Shown here one piece after another: positions 38,464 to 48,281 of a stretch of DNA of 50,219 nt. Made by a program: the position numbers and the translations under genes. Positions within the stretch are counted from its first letter, which is position 1. Each line of letters begins with the position of its first letter. Origin of the DNA: Planctomycetota bacterium. Lineage in GTDB: Bacteria > Planctomycetota > MHYJ01 > WSZJ01. The notes under the pieces are model-generated. The model was not told the DNA's origin, did not search any database, and was given only the letters and a program-made list of their open reading frames with translations. Location of the stretch: positions 44,891 through 95,109 of the forward strand of contig JBBTCT010000035.1 of assembly GCA_038060895.1 (NCBI GenBank), in the 5' to 3' direction.

Positions 38464-39636
38464 CTACCGCCGCTTCCGCGCCTTCGCCCTCGCAGCCGGC
38501 TTCCGATGCTTCGGCGCCGGGCGCCGCCGGGCCGTCGCGCGGGGCTTCTTCGGCGCGGCAGGCACGACCACCGCCGGTTTGAGAGCTTCGGCGGAAATGG
38601 CGGGCTTCATCAGCTGCGGAAGCTTCACGGGAATCTCCGAGGTCTTGCCGAGGCGTTCGAGCTCCTTGAACAGCCGGGCCGTCAGCTCCTTGAGGCCCTT
38701 GCCGGTCGCGGCGGAGATCGGCAGCACGTCGTTGCGGGTGGCCTTCTTCAGTTCCGCGAGTCCCTTTTCCCAGCCGGGGAGGTCCGTCTTGTTTCCCGCG
38801 ACGACTTCCGGCTTCGAGGCGAGTTCCTTCGAGTACCGCTCGAGTTCCTTGCGGATGATGCGGTAGGCCTCGGCGGGGCGCGGGCCTGAGAGCGGCGCGA
38901 GATCGACGATGTGGACGATGACGCGGGTGCGCTCGACGTGCTTGAGGAATTTGGTGCCGAGGCCGACGCCTTCGTGCGCCCCTTCGATCAGCCCGGGGAG
39001 GTCCGCCATCACGAACGACCGGTAGCCGCTTCCGCTCACGATCCCCGGCTGGGGGATGAGCGTCGTGAACGGATAGTCCGCGATTTTCGGGCGCGCGTCC
39101 GAGACGTGGGCGAGGAGGGTTGACTTCCCGGCGTTCGGCAGCCCCACGAGCCCGACGTCCGCGATCAGCTTCAGCTCCAGCTCCACCCAGCGCTGCTCGC
39201 CCTTCTGCCCGTCCTCGTACTGGAACGGGATCTGGTTCGTCGGCCCCGCAAACGTCTTGTTGCCGCGCCCGCCCTTGCCGCCCTGGCAGATCACGACGCG
39301 CTCTTCGGCCCGCACCATGTCCTTCAGCACGACCCCGGAGTCGCGATCCCTCACGATGGTTCCGACCGGCACCAGGACCTCGCGATCCTTGCCGTACTTG
39401 CCGTAACAGTTGGAGCCGTGCCCCTTCTGCCCGTTCTGCGCCCTGACGTGGACCTCATGTGTCAGGTGATAGAGCGTGTTCATCCCTGCCTTGGCGACCA
39501 GGACGATGTCGCCACCGCGCCCGCCGTCGCCGCCGTCAGGCCCGCCTTTGGGCATGAACTTCTCGTGCAGGAAGGAGACGCAGCCGACACCGCCGTCGCC
39601 GGCCTTGAGGAAGAGGTGCAGCTGGTCGCGAAACAT
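38464..39636 (-). CDS. obgE: GTPase ObgE/CgtA
   Basis: GGPDGGDGGRGG, GLPNAGKS, YPFTT, DLPG, NKTD. Confidence 0.96.
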   Translation of the reverse strand: MFRDQLHLFLKAGDGGVGCVSFLHEKFMPKGGPDGGDGGRGGDIVLVAKAGMNTLYHLTHEVHVRAQNGQKGHGSNCYGKYGKDREVLVPVGTIVRDRDSGVVLKDMVRAEERVVICQGGKGGRGNKTFAGPTNQIPFQYEDGQKGEQRWVELELKLIADVGLVGLPNAGKSTLLAHVSDARPKIADYPFTTLIPQPGIVSGSGYRSFVMADLPGLIEGAHEGVGLGTKFLKHVERTRVIVHIVDLAPLSGPRPAEAYRIIRKELERYSKELASKPEVVAGNKTDLPGWEKGLAELKKATRNDVLPISAATGKGLKELTARLFKELERLGKTSEIPVKLPQLMKPAISAEALKPAVVVPAAPKKPRATARRRPAPKHRKPAARAKARKRR

Positions 39637-39657
39637 CCGGCGAGCTCCAGACGAAGC

Positions 39658-39707
39658 GACCCCGCGGAACCGCGGGGTCGAAGGTTCAAGGTCGAAGGTC
39701 GAAGGTT
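39658..39707. repeat. 10-bp palindrome plus heptamer array between rplU and obgE
   Basis: GACCCCGCGG-AA-CCGCGGGGTC; GGTCGAA GGTTCAA GGTCGAA GGTCGAA GGTT. Confidence 0.75.
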
Positions 39708-40021
39708 TAGACGACGATGTCCTTCACGCGCACCAGCGTTTGCGTCTGCCGGTGACCGAGCTTGCGGCGGTAGTTGTCGGTGCGGTCGAACTTCGTGAAG
39801 CGCACCTTCTTGCCTTTCTGGTCGCGGATGATCTCGAGCACGACCTTGGCGCCCTTGACCGTCGGGGTGCCGACCTTGACGTCGGCGCCGTTGGCGGTGA
39901 AGAGGACGTCGGTGACGTCCATCGTGGTGCCGGGCTTGCTGTCGGGGATGCTGTCGACGGCGAAGGTCTCGCCTTTTTCGGCGCGGAACTGGTGATTTCC
40001 GAGGCGGACGATGGCGTACAT
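39707..40021 (-). CDS. rplU: 50S ribosomal protein L21
   Basis: MYAIVRLGNHQFRA...GTPTVKGAKV...GHRQ; SD GGAG. Confidence 0.95.
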   Translation of the reverse strand: MYAIVRLGNHQFRAEKGETFAVDSIPDSKPGTTMDVTDVLFTANGADVKVGTPTVKGAKVVLEIIRDQKGKKVRFTKFDRTDNYRRKLGHRQTQTLVRVKDIVV

Positions 40022-40054
40022 GGCTGGTTTCTCCGGGGGAACTTTGGGGCGAGG

Positions 40055-40082
40055 AGTATAGCGGAGGGGGGAGGGAAGGCAA
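40055..40082 (-). promoter_or_regulatory. Sigma70-like promoter of rplU
   Basis: TTGCCT-N16-TATACT. Confidence 0.6.
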
Positions 40083-40155
40083 GCGGAGATCGTGGGGTGG
40101 GGGTGGGTGGTGATTGAGCGGGTTTTCGAAATGGGAAGTCAGGCGTGGCCAGCAT

Positions 40156-40373
40156 GGAACCGGCAACTTCAATTTCAACTTCAAGTTTCAATTTTCAAGC
40201 AAACAGCAACTTCAAACAGACAACTTTAAAGACCCTGTGACTGCGAGAGGTCTTCGACAGGGCAATTTGGTTTTCGCCAAAGAACACGACACTCGCCCGC
40301 CGCGCCCGTTGAATTTGCATTCTTGTAGTTCGCCGTTTGCTTGAAAGTTCGTCGTTTTGAAGTTGTCGGTTCC
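40156..40373. repeat. AT-rich 218-bp element with nested inverted repeats
   Basis: Terminal 17-bp IR (16/17) at 40156-40172 and 40357-40373; inner perfect 12-bp IR at 40193-40204 and 40335-40346; TTCAA tandem units. Confidence 0.7.
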
Positions 40374-40475
40374 GCGGCGCCCCGGCGCCGCGGCTCCCCA
40401 TTGGCGTCACGCAGCGCTCTCGCTATCCTGTGGGGTCCCGGCGCAACGTCGCCCCCCCTTTCATCAGAGGTCCGT

Positions 40476-43400
40476 TTGCCTCATCCCATCTCCGCCGAAG
40501 TTCGCACGATCACCGTCCTCGCGGGCGAGGTCCTGATCGGCACACGGCCGGAGGTGGAACCCACCCCGCTCGCGCCGCCCGGGCTCGCTTCCCGGCTCAA
40601 GGAGATCATCGAAGCGGCCGGCGGCCGGCTGGAGCTCGGGCCGACGCCGGATTTCGCGGCGGTGTTCGGGACGGCGCACACGAACGACGAGGACCCGGTC
40701 CGCGCGGTGCGTGCGGCGCTGGCGATCCAGCGGGAGGCGGCGAGCCTGTCGGCGGTGGTCCGCGGGCCGCTGGCGTTCCGGATCGGGGTGCACACCGGGG
40801 AGATCCCGTGGTCCGGGCCCGGCGCGGGCCGCACCGAGGGCCTGCGCGAATCGCTGAGCGTCGCGAGGCTCCTGGCGCATGCCGCGCACGCCGGCGCCGT
40901 GCTCGTCAGCGAAGGCATCATGCGCGCCGCAGCAGCCCGCTTCCGCTTCAAGCCGTCCCCCGCGGGCGAGGGGACGGCGTACGAAGCCGTCGGGGAGGTC
41001 GAGACTCGAAGGGAGCCCCGCGAGGAACTGGCGACGACGACGGTGGGTCGCGAGGCGGAGCTGGCGCGGCTGATGGAGGCGTTCGATGCGAAGGCGGGGG
41101 AATTCGTGTTGATCGAGGGGGACGCGGGGGTCGGGAAGAGCCGCCTGCTCTACGAATTTCACCGGCGGCTGATCGAGCGCAACGTTCCCGTGCTCGTGGC
41201 ATTCGGGCGGGCATACGAAGGTCCGCCGATTCCGCTGAGCGCGATCGGCGACCTCGTGCGGCACGCGGCCGGCGTCACGGGGCTCGAGCCCGGCGACGGC
41301 GAACGGCTCGCGGCGTGGTTCTCGGAGCAACTCGAAGAGTCGATTCCCGACGCGATCGACCGCGAAAACTGCTCTCACCTCATCACGCTCTCCCTCGGCC
41401 TCGCGCTTCCCCCGACTCGCGTCGCGCAGATCGAGCCGGGCCGCGTCCGCAGCGAAACCCACTACGCATGGCTGCGGTGGCTGCGCGCCCTCGTCGCGCG
41501 CCAGGCGGTCGTCCTGTGCCTCGAGGATCTTCACTGGGCCGACGACGGCACCCTCGCTCTGCTCGAATCCCTCGCCGCCGGCATCTCCGGCGAGCGCGTC
41601 ACCATCGTCGGCACCCGCCGCCCCGCCGCGAAGACTCCCCGCGGTTGCACGCGCGTCCGCCTCGAAGAACTGCCGCGCGAAGCGACCGCAAAGCTCGCGG
41701 AGGAAATTTTCCACGGCCCCGTCTCCGACGAGCTCGCCGAGTTCCTCTTCCAGCAGTCCGGCGGCCATCCTTATTTTTACGAGGAACTTTCCCGCTACCT
41801 CGTCGAGGCCGGGCTCGTCAGCGGAACTCCCCTCCAACTCGTTTCCCGGCCCCGGAAACTTCCCGACGGCCTCCACGGCCTGCTCGTCGCGCGTATCGAC
41901 TCGATGGGTCACGACGATCGCGAAGTCCTCAAGGCCGCCAGCGTCTTCGGCCGCTTCTTCTGGTCCGGGCTCCTCGAGCAGGCGGTGTACGGGAAAGTTG
42001 AGAAGGGCCTCGAGCGGGCTCGGCGGCGGCAGATCGTCGTGCCGCGCGCGCGGTCGCTGATCCCGGGGGACCACGAATACGCCTTCCGTCACGACCTCCT
42101 GCGGGACGCGGCCTACTCGCTGCTGACCGCCCGCGAGAAATCGCGGCTGCACCGCGTCGTCGCCGACCTCCTTGAACCGCACATCGCCAGCGGCGGGCGC
42201 CGCATCCGCGCGCTCGTCGCCGTGCACCGCGAGGCCGCCGGAAAAAAGGAGGAGCCCGCGCGACTCTGGCTGGAAGCCGCCGAGGAGGCGCTTCGCGAAT
42301 CCGCCTATTCCGAAGCGCTCTCGCATGCGCGCGACGCACAGAGGCTCGGGCGCGGCCCCGCGGCGCGCCTGGTGGCCGCGCGCGCTCTCGTCCGGCTCGC
42401 GCGGCTGGACGACGCGCTGATCGAGGCGACGGCCGTTGCAGGATCGCCGGATGCGTCGGCGGAAGAATCGGCAAGCGCACGGCTGCTGGAAGGAGAGATC
42501 CACGGCCGCCGGGGGGACCGCGAGGCGTTCCTCGCCATCGTGGAAAAGGTGGCGGCGGCGAACCCGCCGGGGTTCGTGCTGCCGGAAGCGCTGATGCAGA
42601 AGGCGCGCGTGCTGTGGGGGATGAGCCGGAACGAAGAAGCGCTGAAATGCGTCGAGGAGGTCCGCGCGCGGACGAAGGCACTGGCGACCGCGGCCAACGA
42701 ACGTCAGGTGGCGAAACTGACGGCGGACTCGTGGGGAATCGAGGGAAACGTCCGCTGGAAGCAGAGGCGCTGGCCCGAGGCCGCCGCGGCCTACGACCGC
42801 GTCCTGGAAATCGCCACTCGACTGGGCGATCGCCTGGCCACCGCTTCCGTCTTCAACAGCGTCGGCGCGCTCCACCGGGACCAGGGGAAGGATACTGAAG
42901 CGCGGGCGGCGTTCGAGCGGGCTCTGGGGATCCTCCGCGAAATCGGCGACCGCATCGGGATTGCCTCCGCGCTCGGGAATCTGGGGCTCGTCTATCGCGA
43001 ATCGGGCGATCTGCAGGCGTCGGCAACAGCCCAGCGCGAGTCGCTCGCCATCTTCCGCCAGACGGGCGACCTGCATGCGGTCGCCCGCGGCCTGAAGGCG
43101 CTGTCGGACGCCCTGCTGGACGGGGGAGAGCTCGCGGCGGCGCTCGGGCACCTGGACGAAGCGCTGGAACTCGCGCGGCGAATCGGTGACCGCTCAGCCG
43201 AGATGCTTGCGCTTCGCAATCTTGGCCAGGTGCACGCCGTGCTTGGCGATGAGGCGCGCGCGCTCGATGAGCTGACGCAGGCCTTTGAGATGGCCCGCGC
43301 CGAGGGGAACCCGTTCAACATGGCCTTCATCCAGACGCGTCTCGGCGAACTTCACGCGGACGCCGGCTTTCCTGAAAAAGCAGCGGCCGCTCTGGACACG

Positions 43401-43826
43401 GCCATCCGCGTTGCGTCCGAACGCACTCTCGACGACGTCCTGACCCTCGCGCTTCTCGCCCGTGCGCGCCTGCAGGCTTCGACCCGTGGCGTCGAAGCCG
43501 CGGCGGATGCGCGGCGCGCTCTCGAGATCTCCGTGCGCAAGAGGAACGAAGGACACGAGGCTTCGGTGCGCGCCGTGCTCGCCCGGATCGCGGCCGCTTC
43601 GGGGGATTCCGGCCAGGCGCACGACTTCCTCGGGAAGGCGCACGACATGGCCGGCCGTTGCGTCGTTTTCCAGGAGCGCCTGCGGTTCCTGGCCGATCTC
43701 TCGGCCGCCCACGCGGCGATGGGCGAGGTGGACGAAGCGCGTCAAGCGGCGGGGGAGGGGGAGCGACTGGCGCGCGGGCATGGCGCGGTCAGGTTTGCCG
43801 AACGCTTCGTCGCCCCGGGAAAGTAG
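40476..43826 (+). CDS. Degenerate class III cyclase + STAND/AAA ATPase + TPR protein
   Basis: DPVRAVRAAL, RIGVHTGE; VGREAEL, GDAGVGKS, LEDLHWAD, GGHPYF, YAFRHDLLRDAAY, TPRs; TTG start at 40476 after GAGGT (start uncertain). Confidence 0.9.
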   Translation: MPHPISAEVRTITVLAGEVLIGTRPEVEPTPLAPPGLASRLKEIIEAAGGRLELGPTPDFAAVFGTAHTNDEDPVRAVRAALAIQREAASLSAVVRGPLAFRIGVHTGEIPWSGPGAGRTEGLRESLSVARLLAHAAHAGAVLVSEGIMRAAAARFRFKPSPAGEGTAYEAVGEVETRREPREELATTTVGREAELARLMEAFDAKAGEFVLIEGDAGVGKSRLLYEFHRRLIERNVPVLVAFGRAYEGPPIPLSAIGDLVRHAAGVTGLEPGDGERLAAWFSEQLEESIPDAIDRENCSHLITLSLGLALPPTRVAQIEPGRVRSETHYAWLRWLRALVARQAVVLCLEDLHWADDGTLALLESLAAGISGERVTIVGTRRPAAKTPRGCTRVRLEELPREATAKLAEEIFHGPVSDELAEFLFQQSGGHPYFYEELSRYLVEAGLVSGTPLQLVSRPRKLPDGLHGLLVARIDSMGHDDREVLKAASVFGRFFWSGLLEQAVYGKVEKGLERARRRQIVVPRARSLIPGDHEYAFRHDLLRDAAYSLLTAREKSRLHRVVADLLEPHIASGGRRIRALVAVHREAAGKKEEPARLWLEAAEEALRESAYSEALSHARDAQRLGRGPAARLVAARALVRLARLDDALIEATAVAGSPDASAEESASARLLEGEIHGRRGDREAFLAIVEKVAAANPPGFVLPEALMQKARVLWGMSRNEEALKCVEEVRARTKALATAANERQVAKLTADSWGIEGNVRWKQRRWPEAAAAYDRVLEIATRLGDRLATASVFNSVGALHRDQGKDTEARAAFERALGILREIGDRIGIASALGNLGLVYRESGDLQASATAQRESLAIFRQTGDLHAVARGLKALSDALLDGGELAAALGHLDEALELARRIGDRSAEMLALRNLGQVHAVLGDEARALDELTQAFEMARAEGNPFNMAFIQTRLGELHADAGFPEKAAAALDTAIRVASERTLDDVLTLALLARARLQASTRGVEAAADARRALEISVRKRNEGHEASVRAVLARIAAASGDSGQAHDFLGKAHDMAGRCVVFQERLRFLADLSAAHAAMGEVDEARQAAGEGERLARGHGAVRFAERFVAPGK

Positions 43827-43862
43827 TTTCCCCTCCCGCGCGTCGCGATTAGGATCGGGCCG

Positions 43863-44306
43863 ATGAAGATGACCGCTTTTCTTTCGCCTGAACGCATCGT
43901 CGATCTCAAGTCGCCCGACCGGAACGGCGCCCTGCGCGAGCTCTGCCTGGCCATCGCGACGTCGAAAAACATCGGGGACCCGAAAGCCTTCCAGAAGGCG
44001 ATTCTCGATCGCGAAGCGATTCTCTCGACGGGAATCGGGCTCGGGCTGGCGATGCCGCATGCGAAGGTCGCGAGCGTAAAAGACTTCACCCTCGCCATCG
44101 GCCGCTCGAAGTCCGGGATCGAATGGGAATCCCTGGACGGCGCCCCGGTTCACATCGCGGTCATGATCGGCGCCAACGACAAGCAGGCCGCCGAATACAC
44201 GAAAGTTCTCGCGGCGATCGTCACGCGCATGAAGGACGAGTCGGTGCGCAAGCGGTTGCTCGCCGCCGCGAAGCCGGAAGACGCGATGAAGGTCCTGACG
44301 GAGTAG
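43863..44306 (+). CDS. PTS IIA component (Fru/Ntr type)
   Basis: REAILSTGIGLGLAMPHA with phospho-His, WESLDGAPV. Confidence 0.92.
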   Translation: MKMTAFLSPERIVDLKSPDRNGALRELCLAIATSKNIGDPKAFQKAILDREAILSTGIGLGLAMPHAKVASVKDFTLAIGRSKSGIEWESLDGAPVHIAVMIGANDKQAAEYTKVLAAIVTRMKDESVRKRLLAAAKPEDAMKVLTE

Positions 44307-45245
44307 CTACCGCCCCTTCAGCCACGCCGCGAACCGCTGCAGCCCCTTCTCGATCGGCACGCATGGGCGGTACCCCAGCAGCCGCTTCGCCTTCGACACG
44401 TCGGCCCACGTCGCGGGGACGTCTCCGGGCTGCTCGGGAAAATTCTGCCGCTCGGCCTTTCGGCCCAGCGCCTTCTCGAGAAGTTCGACCAGCTCGCGCA
44501 GTTCGACCGTGCGCGATTCGCCGAGGTTGACGATCTCGAAGCGGCCCTCCCACTCGGAAGCGGCGGCGACGCCCTGCACGATGTCGTCGATGTAGGTGTA
44601 GTCGCGGCGCGACTTGCCGTCGCCGTAGAACGGGATCGGCTTGCCGGCGAGCATGAGGCGTGCGAACTTGTGGATCGCCATGTCGGGCCGCTGGCGCGGG
44701 CCGTAGACGGTGAAGAAGCGCAGCGCGATGCAGGGGAGTCCGTAGAGGCCCGCGTAATTCGAACAATAGAGCTCGCCGGCGCGTTTCGTGACCCCGTATG
44801 GCGACGCCTGTTCCATCACCGGGTCCGTCTCGCGGAACGGCACCTTGAGCGACGCGCCGTAGACGCTCGAGCTGGACGCGAACACGAATCGCTTCACGCC
44901 GAACTTACGAGCGAGTTCCAGCAGCACGAGCGTTCCGCCGCAGTTGACGCTTTCGTACAGATGCGGGTCCGCGAGGCTGGGCCGAACTCCCGCGCGCGCG
45001 GCGAGGTGAACGATCGTCTCCGGGCGGTGCTTGCGGATGAACTTCTCCATCTTGACGGCATCGCGAATGTCCGCTTCCAGCAGCGGCACCGCTTTCTTAA
45101 GAGCCGCAAAATTGGCCCGCTTCAGCGCCGGGTCGTAGTAGTCGTTGAACTCGTCAATCGCGCAGCACGCGCGCTTCCTGGTGAAGACGAGGTGGTCCAG
45201 CAGGTGCGAACCGATGAATCCCGCGCCGCCCGTAACCAGGATCAT
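44307..45245 (-). CDS. NAD-dependent nucleotide-sugar epimerase (UDP-glucuronate 4-epimerase-like)
   Basis: ILVTGGAGFIGS, HLAARAGVR, ASSSSVYG, YGVTK, RFFTVYGPRQRPDMA. Confidence 0.92.
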   Translation of the reverse strand: MILVTGGAGFIGSHLLDHLVFTRKRACCAIDEFNDYYDPALKRANFAALKKAVPLLEADIRDAVKMEKFIRKHRPETIVHLAARAGVRPSLADPHLYESVNCGGTLVLLELARKFGVKRFVFASSSSVYGASLKVPFRETDPVMEQASPYGVTKRAGELYCSNYAGLYGLPCIALRFFTVYGPRQRPDMAIHKFARLMLAGKPIPFYGDGKSRRDYTYIDDIVQGVAAASEWEGRFEIVNLGESRTVELRELVELLEKALGRKAERQNFPEQPGDVPATWADVSKAKRLLGYRPCVPIEKGLQRFAAWLKGR

Positions 45246-46378
45246 TTTGCTTCCCGGAGGAATTTCATGATTTCGTCCGCCGTCGTGTCCAGGGCGCCCG
45301 GTCGGCCCAGCCTTGCGCGCATCTCGTCGAAATCCGCTTCGCCTTTCGCGCGTTCCGCCGGCTCCAGCCACTTTTTCGCGGCATCCGCCGCCGCGCGAGG
45401 CCTGGCCCGCGGCCCGTACAGTTCGGGAACGATCGTGCGGCCCGCCACGATGTTCGGCAACGAATAGTGCTCGCGGCCGCGGGTGAAGACGTGGGCGAGC
45501 AGAAGAGTCGTGAGCGCCATGTCGTAGACGACGACGAGGGGCGTGCCGATGACCGCGCATTCGAGCGTCGCGGTCCCGCTGGCGACGAGCGCGACGTCGG
45601 AGGCGCGGAATGCCTCCACGGTGCGGTTTGCGACGGGGTTGAGGGCGAGCCCCGTCGATTTCCCGTACGGCGCCACCATTTCGGGCGTAATGCGCGGCGC
45701 GAGGCCTGTGACGAAGCGCGCACCCGGGACTTCCGCGGCGAGGAGCTTCGCGGTCTCGGCAAGAATCGGATAGTTGTAGCGGAACTCCTTGCGTCGCGAG
45801 CCGGGGAACAGGCCGAAGAGCGGCCCGTCGGGCGGGATCCCGAGCGAGGCGCGCGGAGCCGCGCGGTCCGTCGATTTCGCGAGCTGGTCGAGGATCGGGT
45901 GCCCTACGTGCACTGCGTCGACGCCGCGCTCGCGGTACCACTCCTGCTCGAAACCGAACAGGCACAGCATCCGGTCCACCGAGCGCTTCACGATCTTGAC
46001 CCGCCCCTGCCGCCAGACCCACATCTGCGGGCTGATGAAGTAGATGACGCGAATCCCGAGCTTCTTCGCCGCGTCGGCGAGGCGGAGGTTGAACTCCGGA
46101 AAGTCGGTGAGGATCAGCGCGTCCGGCTTTTCCTCGGCCAGCAGCTTTTTCGTGCGGCCGAAGAGCTTCCAGAAGTACCCGAGAACCCCGACCACTTCGA
46201 CGATCCCGACCGCGGCCTGCGCCGTGATGTCCTCGATGATCTCGACGCCAGCCTCGCGCATCTTTGCGCCGCCAAGTCCCTTGAGTTTGAGGGAAGGGTC
46301 GCGCGCGAGGAGGGCCTGCGCGAGCCCGGCGGTGTGAAGGTCACCCGAGGCTTCGCCGGCGACGAAGAAGAGTTTCAT
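45242..46378 (-). CDS. lpxB: Lipid-A-disaccharide synthase
   Basis: VAGEASGD, DFPEFN, SPQMWVWR, VGHP, PGSR, ASGTATLE. Confidence 0.95.
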   Translation of the reverse strand: MKLFFVAGEASGDLHTAGLAQALLARDPSLKLKGLGGAKMREAGVEIIEDITAQAAVGIVEVVGVLGYFWKLFGRTKKLLAEEKPDALILTDFPEFNLRLADAAKKLGIRVIYFISPQMWVWRQGRVKIVKRSVDRMLCLFGFEQEWYRERGVDAVHVGHPILDQLAKSTDRAAPRASLGIPPDGPLFGLFPGSRRKEFRYNYPILAETAKLLAAEVPGARFVTGLAPRITPEMVAPYGKSTGLALNPVANRTVEAFRASDVALVASGTATLECAVIGTPLVVVYDMALTTLLLAHVFTRGREHYSLPNIVAGRTIVPELYGPRARPRAAADAAKKWLEPAERAKGEADFDEMRARLGRPGALDTTADEIMKFLREAK

Positions 46379-46429
46379 TCGGGGATGAGTTTCGACTGCG
46401 GGACTGGCCGTGTCCAGCGGCCACAGGGA

Positions 46430-47419
46430 TTACCTGCTGAACGCCGCAACGGCGTCGATCACGCGATGCGCGACCTGCACGGCGCGCAACCCGTCTTCCC
46501 CGGTCACGGCCGCCGGCTTCCGCGCTTTCACCGCTTCCACGAACGCGGCGTCCTCGAGCGCGAGCGGCTCTCCCGCGGGAACCACCGGCGTTTCGGTCGA
46601 GAGCAAGTCACCGTAGAGCAGCTCCTTCAGGTTCGGGACCTTCGCGGGGTCAACCTTCGACACGTCGAACCCGCCTTTCAGTTTCGCCGATTTCGATACG
46701 CGGCTCACCTTGCGGCCGCGCAGGTCGATCTCCACGAACCCGTCTTCGCTGAAGGTCCTGAAGCGGCGTCCGGGTTCGGGGGAGACGCGTGAAGCCACGA
46801 TATTCGCGACGAAGCCGTCCTCAAATGTCAGCCGTGCATTGACCAGGTCGTTCGTCGGCGAGAGCACCTTCGTCCCGGCCGCGTTCACGTGCGCCAGCGG
46901 CGCCGTCGCGAGCGACAGGACGAGGTCGATGTCGTGAATCATGAGGTCGAGCACCACGTCGATGTCGATCGAGCGGAACGGGTAGGGGCTGACGCGCTCG
47001 GCGTTGACGAAGCGCGGTCTGCCCATGAGCGGGCGGGCGACGAGCCAGGCGGGGTTAAAACGCTCGATATGGCCGACCTGCAGGAGGGTCTTTGCCTTGG
47101 CGGCGAGCGCGACGAGCTGTTCACACTCCGCGACCGTCCCCGCCAGGGGTTTCTCCACCAGACATGGGATTCCCGCCTCCAGGAAAAACGCCGCGACCTC
47201 GCGGTGGTACAGCGTGGGCGTCGCGACGATCACTCCGTCGACTTTTCCGCGCAGCTCGCGCCAATCCGAAAAGGCCGGTACGCCGTGCTTCGACGCAATC
47301 TCCTCCGCCCGCGGCCGGCTCGCGTCGCAAACCGCGGCCAGGGTGGCGCCGGGAAGCGACGCGCAGACGCGCGCGTGCTCCTTCCCGAGACTTCCGACGC
47401 CGATGACGCCGAGCTTCAC
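46430..47419 (-). CDS. Gfo/Idh/MocA oxidoreductase, GnnA-like
   Basis: GVGSLG, VEKP, VGHIERFNP, DLMIHDID; lies between lpxA and lpxB. Confidence 0.88.
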   Translation of the reverse strand: MKLGVIGVGSLGKEHARVCASLPGATLAAVCDASRPRAEEIASKHGVPAFSDWRELRGKVDGVIVATPTLYHREVAAFFLEAGIPCLVEKPLAGTVAECEQLVALAAKAKTLLQVGHIERFNPAWLVARPLMGRPRFVNAERVSPYPFRSIDIDVVLDLMIHDIDLVLSLATAPLAHVNAAGTKVLSPTNDLVNARLTFEDGFVANIVASRVSPEPGRRFRTFSEDGFVEIDLRGRKVSRVSKSAKLKGGFDVSKVDPAKVPNLKELLYGDLLSTETPVVPAGEPLALEDAAFVEAVKARKPAAVTGEDGLRAVQVAHRVIDAVAAFSR

Positions 47420-47423
47420 CCCG

Positions 47424-48281
47424 TTACGTCGGCGCCGAAGGAGACGCCGCTGCGCTCGCGGGAGGCGCTACGGGAGCCCTGCGAAGTGCCTCGCGTGCCC
47501 GTCCCTGCCGGCCGCGCTCGACCGCCCGGAGGAACGAGATCAGCTTCTGCACCTCGGGGTACTGCGGGCGCCGCTTTTCCAGGATCTCCATCGCCTGTGT
47601 CTTGGTGAACCCGCTGCGGTAGATGAGCTTGTACGCCTCCTTCAGGGCTTCGATCGCTTCCTTCGTCAGCCCCTTGCGCTTCAGCCCCACGGTATTCACG
47701 CACTTCACGCGCGACGGATGCCCCTCGACCGTCATGTACGGCGGAACATCGTGTACGACGCGCGTCAGGCCGCCCACGAAGGACCGTTCGCCGATCGTCG
47801 AGAAGTGGTGCACGGCGGCGAGCCCGCCGAAGTTCGCCTCGCGTTCGACCTTCGTGTGCCCGCCGAGCTGCACGCCGTTGGCCATGATGATCCCGTCTTC
47901 CAGCACGCAGTCGTGCGCGATGTGACAGTAGGCCATGATCATGTTGCTCGAGCCGACGATCGTGGACCTGTCGCCCTTCATCGTCCCGCAGTTGATCGTG
48001 ACGTACTCGCGGAAGAGGTTCTTGTTGCCGATCTTGACGAAGACTTCCTCGTCCTTGTAGCCGAGGTCCTGCGGCGCGGTGCCGAAGACGCAGAACGGAT
48101 AGACCTGGTTCTGTTCGCCGAGTTCCGTCGTCCCCTGCAGGACGACATTGTTGTGCAGGCGCGTGCCGCGCCCGATCTTCACCTTCGGGCCGATGATGCA
48201 GAAGGGCCCGATTTCGACGTCATCCGCGATTTTTGCTTCGGGATGAACAAGTGCACTGCCATGGACTCTGGTCCCGCCCAT
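47424..48281 (-). CDS. lpxA: Acyl-ACP--UDP-N-acetylglucosamine acyltransferase
   Basis: Hexapeptide repeats, PQDLGY, REYVTINCGT, HIAHDC, DVPPY; SD GGAGG. Confidence 0.95.
   Translation of the reverse strand: MGGTRVHGSALVHPEAKIADDVEIGPFCIIGPKVKIGRGTRLHNNVVLQGTTELGEQNQVYPFCVFGTAPQDLGYKDEEVFVKIGNKNLFREYVTINCGTMKGDRSTIVGSSNMIMAYCHIAHDCVLEDGIIMANGVQLGGHTKVEREANFGGLAAVHHFSTIGERSFVGGLTRVVHDVPPYMTVEGHPSRVKCVNTVGLKRKGLTKEAIEALKEAYKLIYRSGFTKTQAMEILEKRRPQYPEVQKLISFLRAVERGRQGRAREALRRAPVAPPASAAASPSAPT

Noticed and set aside
40114-40410. Small ORFs 40114..40344 and 40195..40410
   Set aside because: Translations of the inverted-repeat element, low complexity, no resemblance to L27.
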